From the NCBI GenBank assembly GCA_958295715.1, contig OY282371.1:2175697-2239696 (forward strand): a stretch of 64,000 nucleotides of DNA, written 5' to 3'. The notes below the pieces were generated by a model. The model did not search any database. It was not told the origin of the DNA and saw only the letters and a program-made list of their open reading frames with translations. This stretch comes from an uncultured Dehalococcoidia bacterium. Its GTDB lineage: Bacteria > Chloroflexota > Dehalococcoidia > Lucifugimonadales > GCA-2712585. Shown piece after piece: positions 27,721-36,899 of the stretch. Position 1 is the first letter of the stretch, and every line of letters begins with the position of its first letter. Position numbers and translations under genes: made by a program.

Positions 27721-27797
27721 CCTATTACTGGCCTATTACTGGCCTATTACTGGCCTATTACTGGCCTATTACCGGCCTATTACCGGCCTGTTGCCGG
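27721..27797. repeat. 11-bp tandem repeat x7 (CCTATTACTGG x4, CCTATTACCGG x2, CCTGTTGCCGG x1)
   Basis: Counted directly. It fills the space from the epimerase stop (27798) to 9 nt before the next start (27711). Confidence 0.95.
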
Positions 27798-28211
27798 CTA
27801 TACGCTCTGCACCAGTTCCATAAGCGTTCCGTGGGTCGACTTGGGGTGGATGAAGGCTATCAGCCCGGAGAGGCCCTCCCTTGGCGCCGCGTCTATGACC
27901 CGGAGGCCGGCGGCCTTGACGGCTTCCAGGCTCCGCGACACGTCGGCCACGTTGAAGGCCAGGTGGTGCAGCCCCTCCCCCCGCCGCTCCAAGAACCGGC
28001 CCACCGGGGTTCCGGGGGCCAGGGGCTCCAGCAGTTCCAACCGGGTCTGTCCAACCTCCAGCAAAGCGGCCCTCACTCCCTGGTCCGGCAGGTCCTTAGC
28101 CTCCACCCTGGGGATGCCGAAGACCCCTTCAAAGAAATCCAAGGCCGCGTCAACGCTTTTCACGGCCACCCCCACGTGGTCTACGTAGTCAACGGCGCAA
28201 ATCCGGCTCAC
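27798..28211 (-). CDS. mce: Methylmalonyl-CoA epimerase (VOC/glyoxalase fold)
   Basis: 137 aa with VDHVGVAV...LHHLAF...HPKSTHG..MEL, typical of Mce. Confidence 0.85.
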   Translation of the reverse strand: MSRICAVDYVDHVGVAVKSVDAALDFFEGVFGIPRVEAKDLPDQGVRAALLEVGQTRLELLEPLAPGTPVGRFLERRGEGLHHLAFNVADVSRSLEAVKAAGLRVIDAAPREGLSGLIAFIHPKSTHGTLMELVQSV

Positions 28212-28227
28212 CGGCAGGCTCCCTCCT

Positions 28228-29382
28228 CTAGGACTTGAACTGCTCTAACAGTTGCCGGGCGATGACCATCTTCTGCACCTCAGAGGTGCCCTCATAGATG
28301 CTGGTGACCCTGGCATCCCGGAAGTACCGCTCCACGTCGGACTCCTTGAAGTAGCCGTAGCCGCCGTGGATTTGCACGGCCTTGGAGCACACCCTGAAGC
28401 AGGCCTCTGACGCGTAGAGCTTGGCCATAGACGCCTCGGTCAGAAAGGGCCTGCCCCGGTCCTTGAGGGTGGCGGCGTGGAGGGTCATGGTCTGGGACGC
28501 GTAGATGTCGGTGGCCATGTCGGCCAGCATGAACTGGATGGCTTGGCGGCTCGCGATGGCCTTCCCGAAGGAGTGGCGTTGATGCGAGTACCGCGCCGCG
28601 GCTTCGAAGGCCGCCTGCGCTATTCCCACGCACTGGGCGGCTATGATGACGCGGCTGGCGTCCAGCACCCCCATGGCGTAGCGAAACCCCATGCCCTCCT
28701 CGCCCAGGCGGTTGGCGGCGGGAACCACGGCGTCCTGGAAGGTCATCTCCACGGTGTTGGAGCCGCGCATACCCATCTTCCCGCGCTGCTTGCGAGTCTC
28801 AAACCCCGGGGCGCCCCGTTCCACCACAAAGGCGCTGACGCCCCGGTGCCCCAGGCCCTTGTCCTGGGTGGCGAAGACCACGGTGGCGTCGGCGACGTCG
28901 CCGTTGGTGATGAACGTCTTGCCGCCGTTGAGCCTGTACTCCCCATTTTTGAGGATGGCGGTGGTGTCCATGGCCGCGGCGTCGGACCCGGAGCTAGGCT
29001 CCGTGAGGGCCCACGCCAGGACCGCCTTCCCCTCAACGGCGTCGGGGATGTAGCGGAGCTTCTGCTCCTCGCTACCATACCGGTAGATAGTCTCCATGCC
29101 CAGGGAGCGGTGGGCCAGCAGGTTCACGGCGGAGGCGGCGTCGCCGCGGGATATCTCCTGTACGGCGACGACCATCTGGCGGTGGGAGCCTCCGTCGCCG
29201 CCATAGGCCGGGTCAACGCCTATGCCCGCCAGGCCCAAGGCCGTCATGCCCCGCCAGACCTCCCAAGAGAACTCCTCCTTCTCGTCCATCTCCTTGGCGC
29301 GGGGCTTGAGCTCCCTCTCGGCGAACTCCCTCACCGCGGCCTGAAGCATCATCTCCTCTTCCGTAAGCAGCAGGTCAATCAT
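28228..29382 (-). CDS. Acyl-CoA dehydrogenase
   Basis: 384 aa with the ACAD signature regions (ALTEPSSGSDAA, FITNG, IYEGTSEVQ). Confidence 0.9.
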   Translation of the reverse strand: MIDLLLTEEEMMLQAAVREFAERELKPRAKEMDEKEEFSWEVWRGMTALGLAGIGVDPAYGGDGGSHRQMVVAVQEISRGDAASAVNLLAHRSLGMETIYRYGSEEQKLRYIPDAVEGKAVLAWALTEPSSGSDAAAMDTTAILKNGEYRLNGGKTFITNGDVADATVVFATQDKGLGHRGVSAFVVERGAPGFETRKQRGKMGMRGSNTVEMTFQDAVVPAANRLGEEGMGFRYAMGVLDASRVIIAAQCVGIAQAAFEAAARYSHQRHSFGKAIASRQAIQFMLADMATDIYASQTMTLHAATLKDRGRPFLTEASMAKLYASEACFRVCSKAVQIHGGYGYFKESDVERYFRDARVTSIYEGTSEVQKMVIARQLLEQFKS

Positions 29383-29424
29383 ATGCAGATCCCTTTAGAG
29401 TTTTGCGTTGGAAGCGCCTCCCGG

Positions 29425-31086
29425 CTAGACCGACGCCGTCTCCCGGTGCTCCCCAAAGACGCCCCGGAACACGTCGCATATCTCGCCGAGGGTGCAGTAG
29501 CTCTCCACACACTCAAGAATGGCCTCCACCGTATTATCGCCGGAACGGGCCACGTCTGCCAGCCTTGAAAGGGCAGACCCGGCCGCCGCTCCGTCGCGCT
29601 CCGCCCGCACCCGCCTGAGACGGGCCATCTGGCGCAGGGACGCTTCCCGGTCCACCCCCGTCCGGCCGCGGGGCGGCGGCTCCCCCGTCACGTACCGGTT
29701 CACGCCCACGATAGCCCGCCGGCCCTCCTCCACCTCCATCTGATGCCGGAAGGCGGCTTGATGTATCTCCCCCATCTGATACCCCTGCTCCAAGGCGGCC
29801 ACCGCGCCGCCCAGGGCGTCTATCCTGTCGATATGCTCTAGGGCGGCCTCCTCGAGTCGCCGGGTCAGGTCCTCCACGTAGTAGGAGCCGCCCAGCGGGT
29901 CAGCCACGTCTGCGACGCCCGTCTCGTGGGCCAATATCTGCTGGGCGCGCAGGGAGAGTTGGACCGACTCCTCCGACGGCAGGGAGAGGGCCTCGTCACG
30001 GGAGTTGACGTGGAGCGACTGCGCGCCGCCCAGAACGGCCGAGAGGGCCTGGACCGTGGTCCTGACCACGTTGTTGTCGGGCTGCTGGGCCGTTAACGTC
30101 ACCCCGGCGGTCTGGGTATGGAAGCGCAACTTCATGGAGCGGGGGCTTCGGGCGTGGAACCGTTCCTTCATTATCCTGGCCCATAGCCTGCGGGCCGCCC
30201 GGAACTTGGCCGCCTCCTCAAAGAGGTCGTTGTGGGCGGCGAAGAAGAAGGATACGCGCCCGGAAAAGGCGTCAACGTCCAGGCCGGCGTTCACCGCCGC
30301 ACCAACATACTCGATGGCGTTGGCGAAGGTGAAGGCCAACTCCTGGGCCGCCGTGGCCCCCGCCTCCCGCATGTGGTAACCGCTGACACTGATGGTGTTC
30401 CACTTGGGAAGGTGGGCTGAGCAGTGCTTGAACACGTCCACCACCAGGCGCATGGACGGCTGGGGCGGGTAGATGTAGGTTCCGCGGGCGATATACTCCT
30501 TCAGTATGTCGTTCTGGAGGGTGCCGCTTAGTTCCGATAGCGCCACGCCGCGCTTCCGCGCCACGGCCACGTACAGGCAGAGGAGAACCGACGCCGTGGC
30601 GTTTATGGTCATGGAGGCGCTGACCCTGTCCAGAGGAATTCCCTCCAAAAGCTCCTCCATGTCGTCAAGGTGGCATATGGGCGCGCCCACCTTGCCAACC
30701 TCACCCTGGGCGATGGGGTTGTCGGAGTCGTACCCCAACTGGGTGGGCAGGTCGAAGGCCACCGACAAGCCCGTTTGCCCCTGGGCCAGCAGATACCTGT
30801 ACCGCCGGTTGGACTCCTTGGCCGTGGAGTAGCCGGAGTACTGGCGCATGGTCCACAGCCGGCCCCGGTACATGTTCGGCTGCACCCCCCGGGTGTAGGG
30901 GGCCTCCCCCGGGTCGCCCAGGTCCCGGCGGTAGTCGAACCCCGCCTCCTCAAGGTCTGAGGGGGCGTAAACCGCGTCCTGCTCCAGCCCCGACTCGGTG
31001 GCGAAGGCGGGAAGACGCTCCGGCCTGCGTTCAAGGGCCGGCCGCAGGGTTTCCTCCCGCCACTCTCTTTTGCTTCGGCTGGGCAT
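29425..31086 (-). CDS. Methylmalonyl-CoA mutase, catalytic (large) subunit
   Basis: PYTRGVQPNMYRGRLWTMRQYSGY and the rest of the MCM TIM-barrel domain. The ATG at 31086 is preceded by GGGAGG at 10 nt. The ORF track starts 19 codons earlier. Confidence 0.9.
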   Translation of the reverse strand: MPSRSKREWREETLRPALERRPERLPAFATESGLEQDAVYAPSDLEEAGFDYRRDLGDPGEAPYTRGVQPNMYRGRLWTMRQYSGYSTAKESNRRYRYLLAQGQTGLSVAFDLPTQLGYDSDNPIAQGEVGKVGAPICHLDDMEELLEGIPLDRVSASMTINATASVLLCLYVAVARKRGVALSELSGTLQNDILKEYIARGTYIYPPQPSMRLVVDVFKHCSAHLPKWNTISVSGYHMREAGATAAQELAFTFANAIEYVGAAVNAGLDVDAFSGRVSFFFAAHNDLFEEAAKFRAARRLWARIMKERFHARSPRSMKLRFHTQTAGVTLTAQQPDNNVVRTTVQALSAVLGGAQSLHVNSRDEALSLPSEESVQLSLRAQQILAHETGVADVADPLGGSYYVEDLTRRLEEAALEHIDRIDALGGAVAALEQGYQMGEIHQAAFRHQMEVEEGRRAIVGVNRYVTGEPPPRGRTGVDREASLRQMARLRRVRAERDGAAAGSALSRLADVARSGDNTVEAILECVESYCTLGEICDVFRGVFGEHRETASV

Positions 31087-31236
31087 AGGGGCCTGACCTC
31101 CCGAGGATGCGTCTATTGTAATGCCCCACGGACACTCACTCAAGCGTGGCGCGACGCCGCAACCCTACGCGGTACGCAGAGTTGGACACCTAGCTGTCAG
31201 GCTGGGGAGCGGCGGCGGTGTCCTGAGGCTTGGATA

Positions 31237-32076
31237 CTACCGTTTCTTCCAGCCGCGATTCATGGTATTCCGATAGAACCCGGGTTGCACAAATTCAACT
31301 ATGCCGATATCTCGAAGTCTCTGAAGCTGCTGCCGCAGCTTGGCGGCTACGTGTTGATTTCTAGGATACCTTCGGGCCGCTTTAGGCCCGCACGTCTTGA
31401 GCAAATCCCCAATCCTAAACCCATCCTCCGGCATGTCTAGAACTCCCTCAAGGACAAGGGCTTGCCAACCCTTAAATCCCTTTAGAAACATCTCCTTGTC
31501 CTGTATAGAGTACGCCGCCGCAATCTCCATTGACGTGTCTGGCGCCTCGCTGCGGTTTGGCTTAGGAAGAGACGCCTTGATGGCTTCCAACGGAATGTTT
31601 AGGGCTTCTAACTCCTCGCGCTTCATCATGCGGGGTGGTTCCCCTGCCCCGAACCCGCTCAAAAGGGACTTGGCTAACCGCTTCACCACCCGCTTATCGC
31701 CAACGCTGAGGCCACATTCGATGTTGCGCCACATCCCGGAGGCGGTGGCGTTGGCGGACGTGACCAAAGCGGAAGTATCGTCGAAAATGTACATCTTGGC
31801 GTGAAGAGCGCTTAAGCTGAGAATTGCTACACCCTCCCTAGCCAAGGAGCACAGGGTGTCTAAATTGGATGACCCAACGGCAAAGTCTCGCAGGTCCGTC
31901 CGAGTGACTAATGTCCTAGAAACTGACGGGGAGACCATGCCGGTCAACCTGATAATGCCGTTGTTCACGTAGGGACTGCCAACAAGCATACGCGACTCGC
32001 AGGATTGAGCTTGTTTGGCCAACCAGTCGAAGGTGGGCGTGGAAACGATTCCGAAGTTAGTCATTCGGGCCTTCAT
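31237..32076 (-). CDS. PLD-family (HxK) nuclease with winged-helix-like C-terminal domain
   Basis: LHAKMYIFDDTSALVTSANAT is a single HxK-x4-D-x6-(G/T)SxN motif. The C-terminal ...AAKLRQQLQRLRDIGIVEFVQPGFYR resembles wHTH tails of restriction-type enzymes. GC is about 48%. The start could be 32076 or 32064. Confidence 0.6.
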   Translation of the reverse strand: MKARMTNFGIVSTPTFDWLAKQAQSCESRMLVGSPYVNNGIIRLTGMVSPSVSRTLVTRTDLRDFAVGSSNLDTLCSLAREGVAILSLSALHAKMYIFDDTSALVTSANATASGMWRNIECGLSVGDKRVVKRLAKSLLSGFGAGEPPRMMKREELEALNIPLEAIKASLPKPNRSEAPDTSMEIAAAYSIQDKEMFLKGFKGWQALVLEGVLDMPEDGFRIGDLLKTCGPKAARRYPRNQHVAAKLRQQLQRLRDIGIVEFVQPGFYRNTMNRGWKKR

Positions 32077-32128
32077 TCTGATGTTAGCCGCGGGTGGTGT
32101 CAACCCAACTTGGCGGCGGCCGTCCTCA

Positions 32129-32158
32129 TTGACTCGCCTCGGCCTTCACGCCTAGAAT
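32129..32158 (+). promoter_or_regulatory. Candidate promoter (TTGACT-18-TAGAAT) ending 7 nt before the ruvB ATG
   Basis: Hexamers read directly. There is no SD between the -10 box and the ATG at 32166. Confidence 0.4.
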
Positions 32159-32165
32159 ACGGCCA

Positions 32166-33197
32166 ATGGCGGAGCGGCTGGTTTCGGGCAAGGCTAGGCA
32201 AGAGGACGAGGGGCTGGACACCTCCCTCCGGCCTCGCCTGCTGAACGACTTCGTCGGCCAGGAGCGGGTGAAGGAGAACTTGGTCATAGCCATCCGCGCC
32301 GCCGCCATGCGCGAAGAGCCTCTCGACCACGTCCTCCTCTACGGGCCGCCGGGCCTGGGCAAGACCACCTTGGGGCACATCATCGCCCAGGAGATGGACG
32401 TTAACATCCGGGTCACCTCCGGCCCGGCCATTGAGCGCGCCGGGGACATGGCCGCCGTGCTCACCAGCCTGAAAAAAGGCGACGTCCTGTTCATTGACGA
32501 GATCCACCGCCTCAGCCGGGTGGTGGAGGAGGTCCTCTATCCCGCCATGGAGGACTTCTTCCTCTCATGGATGATGGGGAAGGGCCTGGGCGCACGGAGC
32601 ATGAACCTGCGGGTCAACCCCTTCGCCCTGGTGGGGGCCACCACCCGGTACGCCATGATAAGCCCGCCCCTGCGGGACAGGTTCGGCTCCATATACCGGC
32701 TGGACTTCTACGACAACGAGGCCATGAGCTCCATAGTGCGCCGCTCGGCGTCCATCTTCGACGTGGACATAGACGACCATGGCGTTAGGGAGATAGCCAC
32801 CCGCTCCCGCGGCACCCCCAGGGTGGCCAACCGGCTGCTGCGGCGGGCCAGGGACTACGCCCAGGTGATGGCCGACGGCCGCATTACCAAGGAGGTGTGC
32901 CTGGACGCCCTCAACAAGCTGGAGGTGGACAGCCTCGGCCTGGACGAGGTGGACCACCGGCTGCTGCGGGGCATCGTGGAGAAGTTCTCCGGCGGCCCGG
33001 TGGGGCTGGACACCCTGGCGGCGTCGATTAGCGAGGAGTCGGACACCATTATGGACATCTACGAGCCGTATCTGCTGCAACTCGGCTTCCTAGAGCGGAC
33101 GCCCCGGGGCCGCACCGCCACCCCCCGCGCCTACGCTCACCTGGGCATCGACTACGCCTCCAAGGATGGCCCGCCGCCGCAGAATAAGCTGTTCTAG
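32166..33197 (+). CDS. ruvB: Holliday junction branch migration DNA helicase RuvB
   Basis: [19 protein letters not shown], Walker [10 protein letters not shown] and Walker B LFIDEIHR. Confidence 0.97.
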   Translation: MAERLVSGKARQEDEGLDTSLRPRLLNDFVGQERVKENLVIAIRAAAMREEPLDHVLLYGPPGLGKTTLGHIIAQEMDVNIRVTSGPAIERAGDMAAVLTSLKKGDVLFIDEIHRLSRVVEEVLYPAMEDFFLSWMMGKGLGARSMNLRVNPFALVGATTRYAMISPPLRDRFGSIYRLDFYDNEAMSSIVRRSASIFDVDIDDHGVREIATRSRGTPRVANRLLRRARDYAQVMADGRITKEVCLDALNKLEVDSLGLDEVDHRLLRGIVEKFSGGPVGLDTLAASISEESDTIMDIYEPYLLQLGFLERTPRGRTATPRAYAHLGIDYASKDGPPPQNKLF

Positions 33198-33310
33198 CCC
33201 TAGACACATCGCCGGCTTGGCCACGGGTCCAACCCCAAGAGCGGCGGTAGTTCAATGGCCGGGGTCCTTCCAACCACAAAGCATAGCCGGGGTTGCGCCG
33301 TCAACCTGCG

Positions 33311-33339
33311 TTGCCTGCAAACATCCCAGGGTCTACAAT
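33311..33339 (+). promoter_or_regulatory. Candidate promoter (TTGCCT-17-TACAAT) ending 6 nt before the cofG ATG
   Basis: Hexamers read directly. There is no SD before the ATG at 33346. Confidence 0.35.
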
Positions 33340-33345
33340 AGCCCC

Positions 33346-34638
33346 ATGCCTCAGATGACCGCATCGCCCCCCACGTCCGAAAAGACGCCCGCCCCGCGCC
33401 CCGGCTCCGACCCCTTGGAGGGCCTGAGCGAAGGGTTGAAGCCCGCGGTGGAGCGCGTCCTGGAGGGCTGGGGTCTATCCGATGATGAAGCCCTGGCGCT
33501 GGCCCGCTCCGCACCTGAAGACCTGAACGGTCTCTGCGCCGCGGCGTCCATCCTGCGCGACCGCGGCAAGGGCCGCGTGGTCACCTTCTCCCCAAAGGTG
33601 TTCATCCCCCTAACGCGCCTGTGCCGCGACTTCTGCGGCTACTGCGCCTTCCGCCAAAGTCCCTCCGAGGCCGACCGGCTGTACATGACGCCGGAGGAGG
33701 CGTTGGAGGTGGCCGCAGCCGGCCAGCGGATGGGCTGCGCCGAGGCCCTGTTCACCCTGGGCGAGCGCCCGGAGCAGCGTTATCCCCAGGCGCGGCGGTG
33801 GCTGGCGGGCCGGGGCTTCTCAACCACCCTGGAGTACCTCAAGAGCGTCTCAGCCCTGACCCTGAAGGAGACCGCGCTGCTGCCCCACGGCAACCCCGGC
33901 GTCATGAGCAGGCGGGAGATGGCCTCGCTTAAGGAGGTTAACGTCTCTATGGGTATGATGTTGGAGATACTGAGCCAGCGCCTTTGCCAAGGAGACGGCC
34001 CCCACAGCCGGGCGCCCAGCAAGTGGCCCAAGGCGCGCTTGAAGGCCCTTGACATGGCGGGACATCTGAAAATCCCCTTCACCACGGGCATACTGATAGG
34101 CATTGGGGAGACGCGGCGGGAGCGCGTCGAGACCCTGCTGGCCATTCGCGAGTCCCACCGGCGCCACGGCCACGTGCAGGAGGTGATAGTCCAGAACTTC
34201 CGCGCCAAGCCCAACACCCCAATGGCCGGACACGCCGACGCCGGAACTCAGGACCTCCTGTGGAACATCGCCGCGGCCCGCATGATTTTGGGGCCAAAGG
34301 CCAACATCCAGGCGCCTCCAAACCTCAGCCCCACGGACTACCCCGCGTTTCTGCTGGCGGGAATCAACGACTGGGGCGGCGTGTCCCCCCTGACCATCGA
34401 CTACGTGAACCCGGAGGCGCCCTGGCCCCAACTCTCCGAACTCCGGCGACGCACCCGCGAAAAGGGCTTCACCCTGCGGCCGCGTCTGCCCATATACCCG
34501 GAGTTTTTCATGGAAACCGCCGATTACGTCCCGGCGGCTCTCCGAGAGCGTCTGGACGCCGCGGCGGACCAGGACGGCTACGTGAAAGGGGGGATGGAAC
34601 GCTATGTCCCAGCGACAGAGCGACCCGCGCGAGCATAA
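33346..34638 (+). CDS. cofG: 7,8-didemethyl-8-hydroxy-5-deazariboflavin (FO) synthase subunit CofG
   Basis: Radical-SAM CRDFCGYCAF motif within a CofG-like sequence. The ORF-track N-terminal extension overlaps ruvB. Confidence 0.85.
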   Translation: MPQMTASPPTSEKTPAPRPGSDPLEGLSEGLKPAVERVLEGWGLSDDEALALARSAPEDLNGLCAAASILRDRGKGRVVTFSPKVFIPLTRLCRDFCGYCAFRQSPSEADRLYMTPEEALEVAAAGQRMGCAEALFTLGERPEQRYPQARRWLAGRGFSTTLEYLKSVSALTLKETALLPHGNPGVMSRREMASLKEVNVSMGMMLEILSQRLCQGDGPHSRAPSKWPKARLKALDMAGHLKIPFTTGILIGIGETRRERVETLLAIRESHRRHGHVQEVIVQNFRAKPNTPMAGHADAGTQDLLWNIAAARMILGPKANIQAPPNLSPTDYPAFLLAGINDWGGVSPLTIDYVNPEAPWPQLSELRRRTREKGFTLRPRLPIYPEFFMETADYVPAALRERLDAAADQDGYVKGGMERYVPATERPARA

Positions 34639-35932
34639 CCGAGCCGGCGCCTTGGAGCGACTGGCCGGCGGCATCGACCCCGTCGTCGCCGGGGCATTGT
34701 CCGACGCCCTTGAGGGCCGGGACATAACCGTTGAGCAGGGCCTGGCCTTGTTCAACGCCTCCGGCATGGAGGTCAACGCCACGGTCATGGCGGCTGACGA
34801 ACTGCGCCGCCGGGCCTCGGGCGACCTGGTGACCTACGTTGTGAACCGCAACATCAACTTCACCAACGTGTGCGTCAAACAGTGCGGGTTCTGCGCCTTC
34901 AGCCGGGACCACCGCCAGGAGGAGGGCTACTTCCTGCCCCTGAAGGAGGTCCTGCGCCGGGCCAAGGAGGCCTGGGACCTGGGCGCGACGGAGGTATGCG
35001 TCCAGGCCGGCCTGCCGCCCCAGATGGAGGGCGACCTCTACGTCCGGCTCTGCGAGGCCATCAAGTCCCATTTGCCCAACGTGCATATCCACGGCTTCTC
35101 GCCGGAGGAGGTGTTGTACGGGGCCATCCGCTCCAAGGGCACGGTGAGGGACTACCTCAAGGCCCTCAAGGATGCCGGGGTGGGCAGTCTTCCCGGCACC
35201 TCCGCCGAGATACTGGACCAGGAACTGCGGGACCGCATCTCCCCCGGCCGCATCCCCGTCGACCGGTGGGTTGAGGTGATAACCACCGCCCACGACCTGG
35301 GCATCCCCACCACGTCGACCATTATGTACGGCCACGTGGAGACCAACGAGCACAAGGCGCGGCATATCGCCCTCATCCGCGACATCCAGAAGTCCACCGG
35401 CGGCATTACCGAGTTCGTGCCCCTGAGCTTTGTTCACGCCGAGGCCCCCATGCATTTCCAAAAGAACGTCGAGGGCGTCCGCGGCGGGGCCACCGGCGTT
35501 GAGGTCTTGAAGATGCACGCCGTCGCGCGCATTATGTTGAACAACTGGATTCCAAACCTACAGGTCTCCTGGGTCAAGGAGGGAATCCGACTCTCGCAGC
35601 TGCTCCTGAACGCGGGGGTCAACGACATGGGCGGCAGCCTCATCAACGAGAGCATCTCCACGGCGGCTGGGGCGCAGCACGGCCAGCTGGTGCGCCCTTC
35701 GGAGTTCCGCCAGACCATCCGCGACGCCGGGCGAACGCCTGCCGAGCGGTTCACCAACTACAGGATTAAGCAGGTCTTCGACGAGGGCGACGAGCCGCTG
35801 GACCCCCTGGACCTGGTTGACGGCAATTTGGAGGAACGGTTCGGCTCCTACCATCGCCTGGTCAAGATGGAGGGGTTCCGCTTCAAACACCCCAAGCATC
35901 GGGACAGGGCCAAGTCCCAGTCCGCCACCTGA
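34604..35932 (+). CDS. cofH: FO synthase subunit CofH
   Basis: Radical-SAM CVKQCGFCAF motif and a NRNINFTN context typical of CofH/MqnC-like enzymes. Adjacent to cofG. Confidence 0.82.
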   Translation: MSQRQSDPREHNRAGALERLAGGIDPVVAGALSDALEGRDITVEQGLALFNASGMEVNATVMAADELRRRASGDLVTYVVNRNINFTNVCVKQCGFCAFSRDHRQEEGYFLPLKEVLRRAKEAWDLGATEVCVQAGLPPQMEGDLYVRLCEAIKSHLPNVHIHGFSPEEVLYGAIRSKGTVRDYLKALKDAGVGSLPGTSAEILDQELRDRISPGRIPVDRWVEVITTAHDLGIPTTSTIMYGHVETNEHKARHIALIRDIQKSTGGITEFVPLSFVHAEAPMHFQKNVEGVRGGATGVEVLKMHAVARIMLNNWIPNLQVSWVKEGIRLSQLLLNAGVNDMGGSLINESISTAAGAQHGQLVRPSEFRQTIRDAGRTPAERFTNYRIKQVFDEGDEPLDPLDLVDGNLEERFGSYHRLVKMEGFRFKHPKHRDRAKSQSAT

Positions 35933-35938
35933 ACGCCC

Positions 35939-36892
35939 GTGGGCGCCGCGTCGGGAAAGGTCCTGGCCCTGGCCGGGGGTGTGGGCGGCGCCAAGCTGGC
36001 CTTGGGGCTGGCCAACGTCCTTCCACCCGAACAGTTGGTTATCGTTGTCAACACGGGGGACGACGAGGAGTTTCACGGCCTGCGCGTCTCCCCCGACCTG
36101 GATACGGTGATGTACACACTGGCGGGGCTGGCCAACCCCGAGGCCGGTTGGGGGCTGGCCGGGGAGAGTTTTGAGGCCCTGAAGATGCTCTCCCGGTACG
36201 GCGCGCCCACCTGGTTCAATCTCGGCGACAGGGACTTGGCCACCCACATTCGCCGCACCGAGTTGCTGCGCCAAGGCCGCTCCCTCTCCGAGGCGACGAG
36301 GGAGTTGTGCCGGGGTCTGGGCGTTCAACACGCAGTGGCGCCCATGACCGACGACAAGGTACGGACCATGGTGGACACCGTTGAAGGTCTCCTGCCCTTC
36401 CAGGAGTATTTCGTTCGCCGTCGCTGCGAGCCGCAGGCGCGGGGGGCGCGGTTCCACGGCGCCGACGCGTCGAAGCCATCGCCCGCCTTCGACGAGGCCC
36501 TGGGGTCTGCCCGCGCGCTGGCGTTCTGTCCTTCCAACCCCTTCCTCAGCATCGACCCCATCCTGGCCGTGGGAGGCGTGCGGGAGCGAATCCGCGCCTT
36601 CACGGGGCCGCGGCTGGTCGTAAGCCCCATCGTGGGCGGGGAGGCCCTGCGCGGCCCGGCGGCCAAGATGATGCGGGAGATGGGGCGCCCCGTGTCCTGT
36701 GTCAGCGTTGCCGAGGGGTACGCCGGCCTCTGCGACCTATTCGTCATCGACCAAGCCGACGCCGCCCACGTCGACGAAATCAAGGCCCTGGGCATGGCCC
36801 CCCACGTCACCAACACGGTTATGAACGCAGACCGGGATAAGACGGCCTTGGCGAGGTTCGTCTGCCGGCTGTTGGAGGGCGGCGGCCAGTGA
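35939..36892 (+). CDS. cofD: 2-phospho-L-lactate transferase CofD
   Basis: LAGGVGGAKL...VNTGDD...DLDTVMYTLAG is the CofD/FbiA N-terminal signature. Confidence 0.88.
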   Translation: MGAASGKVLALAGGVGGAKLALGLANVLPPEQLVIVVNTGDDEEFHGLRVSPDLDTVMYTLAGLANPEAGWGLAGESFEALKMLSRYGAPTWFNLGDRDLATHIRRTELLRQGRSLSEATRELCRGLGVQHAVAPMTDDKVRTMVDTVEGLLPFQEYFVRRRCEPQARGARFHGADASKPSPAFDEALGSARALAFCPSNPFLSIDPILAVGGVRERIRAFTGPRLVVSPIVGGEALRGPAAKMMREMGRPVSCVSVAEGYAGLCDLFVIDQADAAHVDEIKALGMAPHVTNTVMNADRDKTALARFVCRLLEGGGQ

Positions 36893-36899
36893 CCCCGCA

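Noticed and set aside
31144-31236. A cobalamin riboswitch upstream of the methylmalonyl-CoA mutase operon.
   Set aside because: - The 93-nt gap is too short.
- I could not find a B12-box-like element (consensus near rAGYCMGgAgaCCkGCc).
33241-33302. tRNA-like stretch GCGGCGGTAGTTCAATGG...CCTTCCAA...CCGGGGTTGCGCCG, which resembles the 5' half, D-loop and anticodon loop of tRNA-Gly(UCC).
   Set aside because: - It is only about 62 nt long.
- It lacks the 3' half of the D-stem and has no GGTTCGAATCC-type T-arm.
- The acceptor stem does not pair, so I could not fold a cloverleaf.
- At best it is a decayed tRNA fragment, and chance resemblance is equally likely.
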